A stretch of DNA of 64,000 nt, from NCBI GenBank assembly GCA_973895155.1, contig OZ316894.1, positions 10,278,379-10,342,378 on the forward strand, written 5' to 3'. The notes beneath the pieces are model-generated. The model did not search any database, was not told where the DNA came from, and saw only the letters and a program-made list of their open reading frames with translations. The translations under genes and the position numbers were made by a program. The DNA is from Marsupella aquatica (taxonomy: Eukaryota > Plantae > Marchantiophyta). Positions 26,160 through 38,780 of this stretch are shown in pieces (positions within the stretch are counted from its first letter, which is position 1; every line of letters starts with the position of its first letter).

Positions 26160-27790
26160 TAATTATATTCTTAATGAGCGAAATGACGGGTGGTGCATTG
26201 CAAGGGCGTCACGGGTCAATTGTCCATAGCATGAACTTCGCATGATTTTGTTTGAAGAACAATTCCTGGGACGCAATCGAGAGCACTTTCCAGTAATTAG
26301 TACACATGGGAAATAGCATTTACAAAATGTACCGCTAACTTCAAGAAAACTAGGGAATCTGTCTACACTATAATAGACAAGCTAGAACTGACCACACGAA
26401 GAGGTGTAGTTGAGGTCAAGTACGCCGAAGGAAGAGACCTAGCTTTGGCCTCACATGCATGTCAAAACTGTCAAAATTTCAGCATGACAGCACGGCATGG
26501 GTGTTAGTATATGTTTGTGCAATAATTAGAATAACTCAAACAAAAGGATTACTCGGGCAGATCTGGTCTACTAATTAAAATTACTACACTAGGAATGGTC
26601 TCATCATGGAACAAATCTCTTAGATATACTACGCCATACCCAGATTGCATCCCGCATGTAACCCCAAGTGGCCAATGAATTCACTGCTTTCCACCACTGT
26701 CTTCATATATTGAGGTCCTCCATTGATCTGGGGTGAAATCTGCACGGCCTTGGAAAACCTGCGTGGACAGTAAACGTTTCAATCACTGTAATATGCATGA
26801 AAGATGCATGAAGCAAATAGAGTATGGAGATTACCTACTACGATGTTGTAATTCGATCATAGCACCAATCAGACATTGATCTCGCACTAAAGCATGCTTT
26901 GTTTAGGGGTCGGAGGTAAGCGGGGATGGCTGGCCAGCCTTGGGTTCAGATGATGATTAGTTTCAACGTTCTTGCCTGGGTTGCATTGTATGGTGGGATG
27001 GAAGTTGCCCGGCCGGGCTTGGAAAGGAATACATGGAGGGGTTGGGGTCAAGGTTGGGGAAACATCTGTCCATTCATTCGAGTACAACACCTGTGAACAG
27101 ATTTACATTAGAAACAATTAATCATACGTGCATACTATATAATCTAACAAGAAATAGTATGCATCCGATCTATACATCTAAGAATTGTCCAAAGAAATAG
27201 GTACGTATAAACTTCCTATACTCAACAAGCGATCACGCGAACTTTCAATGAACAACAGTCGACCTCCTTAGCCGTTGTTGTAAGGGCTCATCGTGGACTT
27301 TGGTACCAAAGTCCATCATCTGTTGTGTGCTTCTTGCGGAGGTGGAGAATTGAACATTGGAAATGGGAGATGCAATGCCTTTGTCACCGTTCTGTAACCA
27401 AACGAGGAATGATTGTTTCTGCGGGAGAAAAACAATCCATCTGAAAGTGGTGGGACAATTGACGTGTGCCTTATCTCCACAAAATCCATAAAGGGTATTT
27501 TGCCACATAGGATGCCTTCCTCAAAATCAGGCAAGCCATTACTAAGTTTCCGGAAGTTCTGGCTTTGGATTCTAGAGGCGTGGCATGCGGTTGTCTCATC
27601 CGGAATAGTGGACTGGCCTTCACATAAATCCAAAGTACGTGGACTTATTGAGTGGGGGAAATTAAATCAGCCGTGTAATCATCCCGGTAATCATGAGGAA
27701 ATTCTATGGGTTCATACAAACAAAGATGAGGTGGGCGCCCGAGGCTGCGGATATAACGCCATTTCAAAGGGGACACTTGGGCGGGCTATT
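26160..27790 (-). pseudogene. Decayed intron-containing ORF of unknown family (probably TE cargo)
   Basis: Protein-like stretches broken by stops (RPCRFHPRSMEDLNI*RQWWKAVNSLATWGYMRDAIWVW; PMCTNYWKVLSIASQELFFKQNHAKFMLW), with plausible splice sites. Confidence 0.3.
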
Positions 27791-28015
27791 GAAATCTGAC
27801 AAAGAAATTGAGGGAAATTGAGGCGACAAGTGCACTAGCTGTGTCGCATCCTCGAGGGGCACTTCAATCTTGGGGCGGCAAGTGCATTGTGTTGCATCCT
27901 GGAGGGGCACTTCAATCTTGGCGGGCTGTTCAAATCTGAGAAAGAAATTGAGGTGGCGAATGAACTGTGTCGCATTCTCAAGGGGACCTCCAATCTCGGC
28001 GGGCTGTTCAAATAT
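27790..28015. repeat. Imperfect tandem repeats (gtgtcgcatcctcgaggggcacttcaatcttggcgggc core)
   Basis: Three related copies near 27841, 27889 and 27967, plus repeated aaatctga.aaagaaattgagg. Confidence 0.6.
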
Positions 28016-30380
28016 TTTTGAAACAAACCACCCATTTCCAAGGCGGGGAAAAGAGTGTGTGTCCAGACTTCTTTCCCTATCGCATCAGCCTCGCAATGTT
28101 TATTGTACTTAGGTCCCTCCCTCAGGTCCCTCATGGCATAGGGAATTTCTCGTGGATCAGGTGCGCACAAGAGGTGCAGTGTCATAGGGAGTACCCAATT
28201 TTTGTTCACGTTACATTGCAATGGCCAACTTGGACAAGTTGACTACTTCTGAGTTGTGTGAGCAAATTGCATTACGTATAGGCACAACAATGTACTCCGC
28301 CAAGATCGAACACTTCGCAATTACTGGGGGTGGCTTCTTTGCTATGGGAACCGACGATGAGTGGTTCTTCTTCTTTTCCACTCTGGGATACATATCTTCA
28401 AGCACATGGCAGCCTTGAGAAAGTGGGTGGCTGAATGGAAGGACATGAAGAACAGGCAATTTCCGATGTTGCTCGTTCCAGCTGACAAACCAAACACAAC
28501 AATTGTCGAAGGTGATCCGGAGTGGTTGCGATTAGACATCGTGGGCAAAAACTCAGATACCCTTCAGAGGGGGACCTCTACCCTGCAACCACTCTCGGTC
28601 AAAGAGGATCCCATTTTGATGGCGTTCCAAGGCAGTGGCAGATCAGCTGATACGCTTAAGATTGAGACCTCACATGTGGATTGTGGCACTGGTGGAGAGA
28701 AGTCGATCCCAACGGGACCCCAGTAACTGGTTCCAAACGCAGCGCAATAGAGAGAGGGGTTTTGACAAATGATCCTTGTTATGTGCCTGCTATACGTGAT
28801 GTATGGTTGTTTTGTGTGATACCATGTATATCGATCTACTTGTTTGAATTTTGTATGTTGTACTACATATATCCAATAGGGTCCCTTCGACAAAAATCAA
28901 GCGCGCACACTAGGTCAAAAGCAAGCTAGAGGGGTACTAAAAGGATCTCCACTTTCTCCACCAAAAGGACTTGGGTCCTTGAACTAATTCTCAGAATATT
29001 CTCCAGTGACCAAAATGTGACATGGAAGGGCCCAGATCTGTTTCGTGCCCATCCAAAGGTCAGATTTGAATTTGAGTCCAAATATGCATTGAATGTACCC
29101 CTCTAAAGCAAAGTGGTGGCCCCAAAAGCCAGTTGTTAGTGATTAAGGATCTTTGTTTGATTATAGACGCCGGTTTTAGGGCGGTACAAACTTCAGATGG
29201 TGGATCCAGCCTTTGATCCTGGCCTGGCGCATCCCTTTCTTCAAGGTCGCGGGTTCAGTTATATATTATGGTTCTTGCCCAGTTACTCGATCCTGGTCCT
29301 TGCCCAATTACGCACTCCTCTCCAAGTGCAGTTATAATTTCTTATGACAAGCTATATACGGTCTCCTTGCAAAGTTGAGCCCCTCTTGCAAAGCTGAGGC
29401 CCCCCCCCCCCGCAGACAGAACAGAAAACAGAAATGTGAGCATGGTCGATGTGGTCCAATAATAACTATACCCCGAACTAAACACATGACCTGAACGACC
29501 AAAGACATACAGTCCCCTTTACTAGGACACAGTCTCCTGTATGTCCTTCTCCCGCATAGGCAGATAGACATATGGTTGCCCTATATCTAGTAAGGAGGGG
29601 GGGGGGGGGGCGGGGCTTATGCCTTTAATCCTATACATTGAAGCTCTCTGTTTCCTTGAGTATACCGGCCCTGTGTTGTAGCTATGGGGCAAATATCCAA
29701 TTTTCATTGATTAAGGTCGTGATTCACTTTGAAAAACCAGTTCACTACACCCTGCTCGATCGATCTTCCACATTAATTATGATGCGTTACACAAGAATCT
29801 CAAAATATATTCTCGAATGAAAAGAAGAGTTGCTACTCAAGAGCACGATGGGTCCTGGTTGCTATTTTTCTCCACCGCGCCCTGGCCCTGCCCCCAAGTA
29901 ATTAAGAGCATGGACGTACGTACAATAGAGGCTGCATCAGCGAATGGGGTTGAAAAGTTAAAAGATACGCCGGTTGGCTTTACTTACGTACAGATCGATC
30001 GATGGTAAGGGCAGGGCTTGTCGAGCTTTGGACTGCGCATGAAACAAGGCTTGGTGAATGCTCTGACAGGTAGACTGTTTGGGGTGCACAGTAGAGGCTG
30101 GGTGATAGAAGACGTTACTTGACAGGTGGCAGCTTTAGGTAGGAATCTTCCTTTGGGGATAGCACATTGCGCTACAGCCCTCAAGCAAGTAATAATTATG
30201 GATAGTAGCCTGGGTTGGGTTAGTGATACATTAGTTGTACGTGATCGACCATATATTTGGATTATGGTTTGCTGAGCTGGCGTCACCCCGTGCATGTGCC
30301 ATTTCCAACTGTCCAAAAACTCGGGGCTTGGCAAACACCCAATCTCCGAACCTTTAGCCTAGCCTCATATCCTTCTGCGG

Positions 30381-30389
30381 CTATATAAG
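30381..30389 (+). promoter_or_regulatory. TATA box for small secreted protein gene
   Basis: CTATATAAG followed by a CT-rich leader and ATG at 30638. Confidence 0.55.
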
Positions 30390-30637
30390 ACCGTTGTGGT
30401 TCGTTCATCCTATCCATTCTCTGCTGGCTGCTCCATTTTCCTGTCTGCAGGTCTCTTTTCTTCTCTTCCTCCGCCTCCCGGCCTGAGGTGCTCTTTCCTC
30501 CTCCAGTCCAGCTTCTTGATTATCTTACTCAGTGCCCTTGCTTCTCTTCCACTATCTTTTCTTGCCATCTCCAGACTTGGAAACACTTTGAAATACCTTT
30601 CTGCTAGCTTCTCTCCTCAATAGATCGAGAGGATACA

Positions 30638-31727
30638 ATGGGAAAAGCATCATATGCACTTCTCTGCCTGATGCTGCTGGTTTCGCGAGTCTTTGGTCAA
30701 CCAGTGCCGCCTGTGCCGGACCCGCCGATGCTCGTGGTCGACAACCTTTCTAACTTCGAAATTGACTACACACATCATTTCACATTTAAGGATGGCTCAT
30801 TCGATAACGGTGAAGAAGAGTTCAGGCTTCCTGTGGGGGGACGGTATGAGATGGTTGTGGATGATGACATCGCATCTATCTCCACTTCGTGAGTTCTATA
30901 TCCTACTGGACTTCATACTTAATTGTTGAATGATTTAGCTAGATTTTCTTTCTAGCTGTGTAGGCTTCGGAATACATATATCAACTGGAGGCCTTATGGT
31001 TTCCACGTCATCGATCCACAGAAATAATAAAAATTTATTATGATTGTTATATATATATATATATATATCTGCTATATATGATTCTCGTGGGTTACAAGCA
31101 TAAATAATGCTAGAGCTGGCCGGCCTTTTCAATTCATCAGTCACATTAATTGAGAAAACTCTACAATTTAATTTGCTCTGGATCTGGGAATCATCTGGGT
31201 GTCAACGTTCTGTCTTACTAGAAGCATATATTATCCAGCCAGTGATCGAGAGCTTTGGACGAAACTAGAGTGGAGTTTTGTCACATGCACAAGGCTAGCT
31301 ATATATCAATACAACTGTTTACTGAGTTATTAATACTAGTAGTGTCCTTCCAACTTACGACGTTTTCTTGAGCCTTTTGGCAAACAGCTTTTCTATCTAG
31401 ATTGAATCTAACCTCATTTTCAGATGTCTTTCATGCGGACCCCTGGCCTATATTTGTCATTAGTGGAGAAGGGTTTTGACAGAATTCCATCCTGTGCCCT
31501 GGGTGAAATGTCACGTACTTGAATTGATTGTGTGCAGGTATGCCCTGTTGGGAACAGGTAAGTGGAACATGAACGTCGACTGGAAGCTGCTTGCGAACGG
31601 GGAGGCTGGTCCCTCTGCTTTCTGGACAATCGATGATGCAGGATTCTGGAGGGCATTGGAAGATCAATTGGAGAACCCTGATGCTGAAGAGACTAAAATC
31701 TGTGACTGGCGAAGCACGAGACCCTGA
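30638..31727 (+). CDS. Small secreted protein, possibly SPH/S-protein-homologue-like; exons 30638-30888, 31538-31727
   Basis: Signal peptide MGKASYALLCLMLLVSRVFG. The GT(30889)-AG(31537) intron joins in frame (...SISTS|YALLGTGKW...). VVDNLS..., LPVGGRYEM, WTIDDAGFW and the terminal W resemble the SPH pattern. The family call is tentative. Confidence 0.75.
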
Positions 31728-32615
31728 AACCGACGAGACTAGCGAGAATCTGTGACGTACTGGCGAAGCAGTACTGCCGTTTAGAAGGAGAAATAACGTA
31801 CTGCCACAATGAGCATACTGCCGTGATTAGTCGAATAAGTACATATATTTGAATAAGGAACAGTACCTTATTGAAACTGTTTTTGCATGTATTCCGAATA
31901 AAATGAGCTCGGTGTCGGACTCAAACGACCATGACTGTCATTCAATATAACACTTACTGGCGTCAATTCAAGAGAATATCGATCGATCAGTGACTACGTA
32001 GATCTCATTTGCTTCCTGCAATGGCCAGTACGTTGACAGCAATACTAGCTAGCAAGGTGCACTCCTAGCTTGGGTTGTGGAATATTGAATGAGTATGAAA
32101 TAGTTTGCAACTGAGGCTGGGGATTGGGAGTCTCAAGCATTCTAGCTATAAATTTCAGCTTTCTGTATTGCCGAACTACCCCGTTAATTTGGCTCTTATA
32201 CAAGATACCAGCAACTTGTAACTAAAATATCTTTGATTTGGCAGCAAGAACGGGCTTTGTATTGTTCTCTACCTCCATCCGGTTTTAGCTTTGTTTTGAA
32301 TAAGCGGATAATTTTAACTGGTCCACGATCGATGCTAATTAAGGTGACTTGCATGATGATCGATCGAAGCTATACTGACCAGATGTATTCTCATACTTTT
32401 CGACATTATTTGAGCCCTAGCTTTAAACTTTTACTCAATTTAATGTACGCCGCTATAACTACCTCGATCACTTATATTCTAATTCAAAAAGTTTGGCTTG
32501 CATATGAGTTTGTAAAGTCCGTAGGCTCTTGAATTGGAAACTGTGAGTTCACCGGGTGAAAAGCAGGTTTATGATTTACAAAGGGTGAGCGTTTGGCAGC
32601 AGTACAAATACACAA

Positions 32616-34305
32616 GAGTTTAATCCAGGGTAAAATCCAGGGCAAAAAAGGAAAAATGATATTGGGGGTGATGGGCCTATTTATTAAAAGTGTATTTTTT
32701 CTTTGCTCAGATCAGCCTATTTATTAAAAATGTATAATTGTTCAGAATCAGTTCTGAAATGTACATTTTCATGGCCCCAAATGTACACTTTTTGGTCCCT
32801 AAATGTACACTTAATTTATAGGCCAAATCATATTAATATTATATTACTAAATAACACTTATTATATTATTTCATAAATCACAAATAACTATAGGAAAGAG
32901 ATCATACTGTTTGAGGTGAAAGCCTCTCATACGGTTCAGAGGGCAGATGTGTTGAAAGACCCGACTGACCCCTAATTTGTATGGTGGCGCAATATAGGGC
33001 ATTAACCGGCGACCCAAAGACCACGATATTATAGGCACGGATTTCAATATCCGTTGCTATAAGTGTGGTAATATTATATGAAATTATAAGCTCGGGGGTT
33101 TCACTTCCACAAAAATGGCATATCACGTGCGACGAAGGATAGGGTCATTTTATTGGTTCTAAGGGAAAGACTTAAGAATTTTTGTAGAAGAACAATAAGA
33201 TCTTTTAAATTCAATTTTGAGACTTATAAGAATATTAGAGTCTTTTTAATCCAATTTTTAGAATATTCCAAGAATATTCCAACTTTATAGGGGTTAAAAA
33301 ATTAAAAAAAATTCTTACATTTTAGGGGGTCCGAGGCCTAAAAACGTCGCAGGCGATGGGGAGGTCCTCATATAGTGAGACCCCCGAGATTATAAGTACA
33401 GTTATATTATATGAAATATTAGTACTTCAATCATATGCAACGATTATAAAAACATTGCAGTGCAAAGAAGCCCAAGGACCATTGACAGTGTGAACAAAAT
33501 TTTCTAATCTCCCGCAAATATCTATAAATCTAATTAGAATTTCCTGTAGAACTTCTACCCAATAAGGTGCAGACCAAACTGGAGTTATCGATCCTAATTC
33601 ACCACTCCTATAAGCTAGATCTTTTATGTGTTTTGTACGAGTCCTTGTTCAAAATTGATTGCACAGCATCCAATGGTACTTTTGTTCCTACATTCGGTCC
33701 ACTTTTCCACATGTAACATCGACAATCATATTCAAGTGACTTATATCCAATTGATCCTATTCTTTTCCCTTTCTATTTTGATAGTGAAAGGATAACGGGA
33801 CTTCTCGATTGTGATCAAACAAACACCAATTTGTCATCAGAAGTTGGAAAGAGTGTATCAGGACAAATTGAAGCACCTGCTTGCACACTAGAAGAAATCC
33901 CCTTAGATTATGACTCTAAAAATGACACTCTTTGACTTTGTATGACTTTGTACGACTCTTCTATGACTTGTGTCATTCTTGTGACTTAGAGTCTTATTAG
34001 GTATGACTTAAGTAGTTGAGTCATTTTTAATGACTGAAATTGAGATAGATCAATAAATAAGGAAATGGTTGAGTGAGTCATTGTATAAGACATTTGAATG
34101 ATTGAATATGACACATATATTAAGTGCTTTCTTAAAAGTCATTGTAATGACTAATTAAATAAGTGAGTTAAAAACACAACTTGCCAAAGACAACGAGTGA
34201 CTTAAATGACTCACTCCTATAAAATATTGACTTATGACTTATGACTTATGACTCACTATATGAAATATTAATATTTCATATATTATTACCGTACTTATTA
34301 AACTC
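32616..34305. mobile_element. Possible AT-rich TIR element remnant with GAGTTTAAT...ATTAAACTC ends and TGACT-rich subterminal repeats
   Basis: gagtttaatccagggtaaaat at 32616 versus the reverse complement of the 34305 end, gagtttaataagtacggtaataat. Dense tgact/agtca motifs at 33910-34260. No TSD. Confidence 0.4.
33091..33388 (+). mobile_element. MITE family A, copy 1 (298 bp), 8-bp TSD ATTATAAG
   Basis: TIR CTCGGGGGT(T/C)TCACT; TSD at 33083-33090 and 33389-33396; near-identical inverted copy at 43599-43895. Confidence 0.9.
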
Positions 34306-34708
34306 CCCCCGCTCCTCTCCTAATCTTGCTGCGAACGCGTCTTCCTGCCGAATCACAGCTCACGGGTCCTGGTTCCTCCTCCGGCTTCCAAGCTGTCCTT
34401 TCCTTCTCTTCATTGCGACCAGGAGCTTTGGGCTGCTTGATCTCCCTCGGTTTCTGGACTCGCGGCTCCCACATACATCCGAACCCCTGGCTCGTTTTCT
34501 GGCCTCCTTCTTTCCTTGACTCCGGTAAAGGGGTTTTCCCTTGTGAGTCGGCTTAGGCCTGCCTCTTGACCAATGTCATGTACCAGTGCCGTTGTCGTCG
34601 CAACCTTCTTTTCCTTCTCCAACAACTTCAGAAGATTTTGCATGCCTGATTGCTGCATCGGCAAGTTTTCCATCCTCGGCCTAAACACTTGCTCGATCGT
34701 AAGACTGC

Positions 34709-37700
34709 TGTGACACGGGTAACATGTCACTTAACCAAATGCAGGTCCTAGATTAGGACTTATACGGTCATTAGGACCGTAGCCGTAGTGTAGAGTAGCA
34801 CTAATAGCCGTCTTTGCCATTATGTATAGATTAGGAGTAGGTTAGTTGACTGAATGATTACAAAGTAAGGAAAGGGGATTATTATGATCGACCAAGGTAC
34901 GGTGGCGGCGGTAGAGTAAAAATCCATTAGGAGATCACGCTTGGACCGAGACACCCAACTTTGGGTCATTATCAACGACCAAAACAACCTCGCCTTCTCA
35001 CGCTCGAGCTCACCCTGGCACCTCCATAAGAGCTGAGTCAATGGCGTTGCGGCCCATTTGCTCATTCATACCTTTTGGAATTTGCAGATGCTGCCATTCA
35101 CTCTCGCCTTTTCCTCGAATCAAGCTAACTTTTTCGATGAAATTATCTAGGGGTAAGAGCGGATTGTGGTGGGATTTAGTCAGGGCGAGTAAGGCCTCCA
35201 CCAGCAAGCAAACCGGCCAGGCGGAAATGCGGACTCGATGAACCAGACTACAAAGGTTAGTATGACCCGTACATCCTTGGGATTTTGGACCTTGTTTGGC
35301 GAGGTAGGTGCTAAGTTCTTCGAGACTTACTGGTACTCTTGCCCCAAGAAAGCCGCTTACAAACAAAGATACGCAAAGTTGGTGGCCAAGGTAGCACTGG
35401 TTAACTGTGAGAAGATAGCCATTACCAGGGATTCCAACTACAACGAGCTATGGGACTACATCACCGAGCTATATATCAGCGAAGAGGGGTTTAGATCGGT
35501 AGCAAAGGCAATTCTTGAAGTCCCCGCGAAGTTCTTTAGGCTGAGGGGCAGCCAGAGGCTGACTCCAGCGAAGTTCAACAAGATCCCGGGATACATCGAC
35601 TAGAAGATTGCAACCGAGAAGCGTGAAGAAGACATCAGCAAACAACGGGAAGCCGCGCATAATCTTACATTCCTCGGGGAAAGCTCCAATGCCTTCAACT
35701 GGGATATGGCTACCCCGACACCACCCCCAGCCCCTCAGCTGATGACCACCGGCGTACCACCAAACCAGTCCCAAGTCCTTCCTGTGAACAACACCGAGTG
35801 TTCCTCGGATTCCAAGCGTGTTAGTCCGCAGTTTGAGCAACATTCTCGGAAGCGAGAAAGGACGACGCCGGCCCTCGAACTGACAGCGCAAACCAACGCC
35901 GCCCCTACACCTGCCCCTTGGGCCCTCACTCCGTGTCAAAGAAGTGGACCCCCCTACGATCGGGCCTTTTTCCTATTTACCCCTTGTTATTTCCATTTTA
36001 CTATTAAAAGTTCCCTTATTACCGGTAATAATTATAATTATTAGTTCAAAATGAATAAAAATTACCCTTCGAGCGTTCGCACGTCCTCCACGTATTAGTT
36101 AAGACTGAGGGCCCAGGGCACCTGCCCGGCCAACCCACCAACCAACCAGACCCGACGGCCCTCGGATAATCAACAAACTAACTTATTACATGTAATCCAT
36201 GTCCCCGAGGTAGTTTGGACGGTGATCAAGAGACCCGACCATGCGGAATTGGGGCGGCATTGGAGCAATTCACTCACTTGCTATGGAGACCTAGCGCAGT
36301 CGGGCCAAAGGAGGTTTATGAGGTCATCTCCAACTTCGACACTGACGCAGCGATCACCAAGGTTTCAGGGCAGACCTTATCACTTATGGAGCATCGGTTG
36401 GCACATATCTTTTGTCTGCCAATCGGGCCGATGTCGGTTGAACTCCAAATTTTGGATAAAGTGTATACACCCCGACACTTCAAACCCAAGGGTAAGATGG
36501 ACAATGGGTACAAGCAAGGGTCATGCACCAACTTAGTCTGTATGGAGCAACTTAACTTCATACAAACTACCCTACACATGATTGAGCCACGATCGGAGAT
36601 CTCCCTCTATACGATTGTACAGGTGGAACAGTACAAACGGCAGAACTGGGCCCAATTCTTTTACCGCAGGTTCTTGGGGAAGCTTAGGCGGGCTCAAGGA
36701 GGTATGTCTATCGGGGGAAGGACCTACTTGGGAAGTCACATCGCCATCATCCTTGCCTGGTACAAAGCACGGCGGGAGGCCAGGGGAAAGAATATGGCCA
36801 CCTCAGCCCCAACTAGTGTCACCCCCGCTCCGGAGGAGGCAACCCGAGCTAGCGGACTACCGCGCCTTGGGAAAACCCAAGCCCGTGGCCCCAACTAATA
36901 CTCCGCCACCTCCTCCTGTTGAAATTCTGCCACCCCTTTCGTCGAGCCTCCCCTGCCCCCAGTACAACCATCCCCAATCCCTCCACCACCTGAAGAAACC
37001 TTCCCGTCCCCATTGCAGACTACGGAGGAGCTCGCCGCCCCGCTCAAGGAACCACCGGTGCCCGAGAGGATGGAGGACTACCAAGTAGCCCCGGGGACCG
37101 TGGCCTACGACCTGGTCCAGAAGTTTAGTCAAACTCTGTCAGGGGAGCTGGTGAAGTACATCGGACAACCGGCCTCGCCGTACTTCCAACCAGCCTTCTT
37201 CATGTTAGAGCACCAACCACGGATTGTAAGCTGCTTGGAGGAAGAACTCATGGCAAAGGGGAACGAGATCAGGCGCCTCCAAATGCTAGTAGAACACCTC
37301 AAAGAGGAGGCCACTAGCTACCCGCCGAGAGGAGTTAGTCGGCACCGTTGAACAACGGGATGGACTAAGCCAAGAGTTGAGCATGGCGCAAGCAGATCTC
37401 AAGAAGCTGGATGACACCATGCTTCAGTTGCGGTCAGAATCCTTGGCTAGGGTTACTAGCCTGATCGACCTCAACAACCAACCCCTGCAGGCAGCTCAGC
37501 AGGTGGCTAGTCTCTCCGTCGAGCGAGATAAATTGCTGGCGCAAGACCAGGCTCATCGTGACTCCATCGATCAGCTTAGCCTAGAGGTAGCACGGCTCCA
37601 GACCGAGGCCGACAAAGCTGCAAACAAGGCAGAGGAGGTGGTACGGGATAACAAGGCCTTGTAGGACCGCATTACCTTGCTCGTCCTCCATCGGGCAATA

Positions 37701-38780
37701 CCTGGACCCACCTCTGATCAAGGTGGCTCAAGGTCTTGCCCCGACAAGGAGACAAACCCTGGTCCAACCACAACACGCACGTAAGGGGTGGTTAGAAAAG
37801 GGTGTGAGAAAGCGCCGTGCGAGGCAGTTGAGTCAGCAACATCTTTTTTATTAGGCTTAACGATAGAATGGTTGTCATTAGGCGCAGATTAGCAGCGTAG
37901 TAGGAAGAATTAGGACAGGATTAGTTAGGATCGGCCGACGTAGGATAGAGTCCATCAATGGACTAGAATTTTGGTCAGTAGACTTAGCTACTGCCACCCC
38001 GGTCAGCGCCCCCAACACTGACGGTCAACCGGTCAGAGGTAGTGCGGCTGGTTAGTTAGAAGGTAGTTAGTCAGTAGGCATTACCCTAGGAGGTAGTATC
38101 CTCCGGTTCCTTTTTGTAGACGTAGTATTTAGGCTTCCCCTTTCGCTGTGGGAGGGGGAGAAGGCTTAGTTATCTTAGTGCAAGGAAAGGCGAGGCACGG
38201 GGAGTCCCGGCCTGAGCAGGGTCAGAATGCACTAAGGAGTGAGAGCCAGAGTCAAGCTTGCTGGACAAGCGCGGGCGGGGCCCCATAGAGACTGGGCATC
38301 GACTGCCGTTAGGCTTGCTGACCCCCTTAGAAGTCGAGTCAACTATGTAAGCTGAGTCTTCGTTAAGTAAATGTAGTCTTTTCCCTCTAATTCTAGCTAT
38401 CGCGAGTAACTGGTGTTGTGTGTATGCTTTGTCTGGGCAAAGGCGTCATTTCAAGGGACATACCGGGTGCGGACTAATGGTAGGGATTGTCACCAATTGC
38501 ATGTCACAAGGTTTTGTCGCATCGATGGCTTGAAAGCCCCAAGCCGGGAGTTAGTCCGAGTCACTAACTGTGGGAATATTCCGGCGGTGGAAAACAAATA
38601 TACCTATGATCAGTGCGAGTCGTGTAAGTATTATACTGGTAAGTATATATATTGACTTAGCCCGACTTGGGGCTAATTAGGGCAACTACACACCTCCTTG
38701 CCCGAACCCTCACCCCTACTAGTGGTTGTGGTCACCCAGGGAACTAACTCGGATTTAAGGCCCGAGTTATGGGCGCAACA
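34709..38780 (+). mobile_element. Solo LTR (4072 bp including a 203-bp MITE and its TSD) with 5-bp TSD ACTGC
   Basis: actgc|TGTGACAC at 34704-34716; GCGCAACA|actgc at 38773-38785; homologous to the PBS-adjacent LTR at 16068-19278. Confidence 0.9.
35916..36118. mobile_element. MITE family B (203 bp), 8-bp TSD CACCTGCC
   Basis: TIR CC(T/C)TGGGCCCTCA; TSD at 35908-35915 and 36119-36126; empty site present in the other LTR copy at ~16608. Confidence 0.9.

Noticed and set aside
16068-38780. The two long direct repeats as 5' and 3' LTRs of one 23-kb retrotransposon
   Set aside because: The second copy has its own TSD on both sides, no polypurine tract before it, and sits inside another element. 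The intervening DNA lacks pol and includes a host-like gene.
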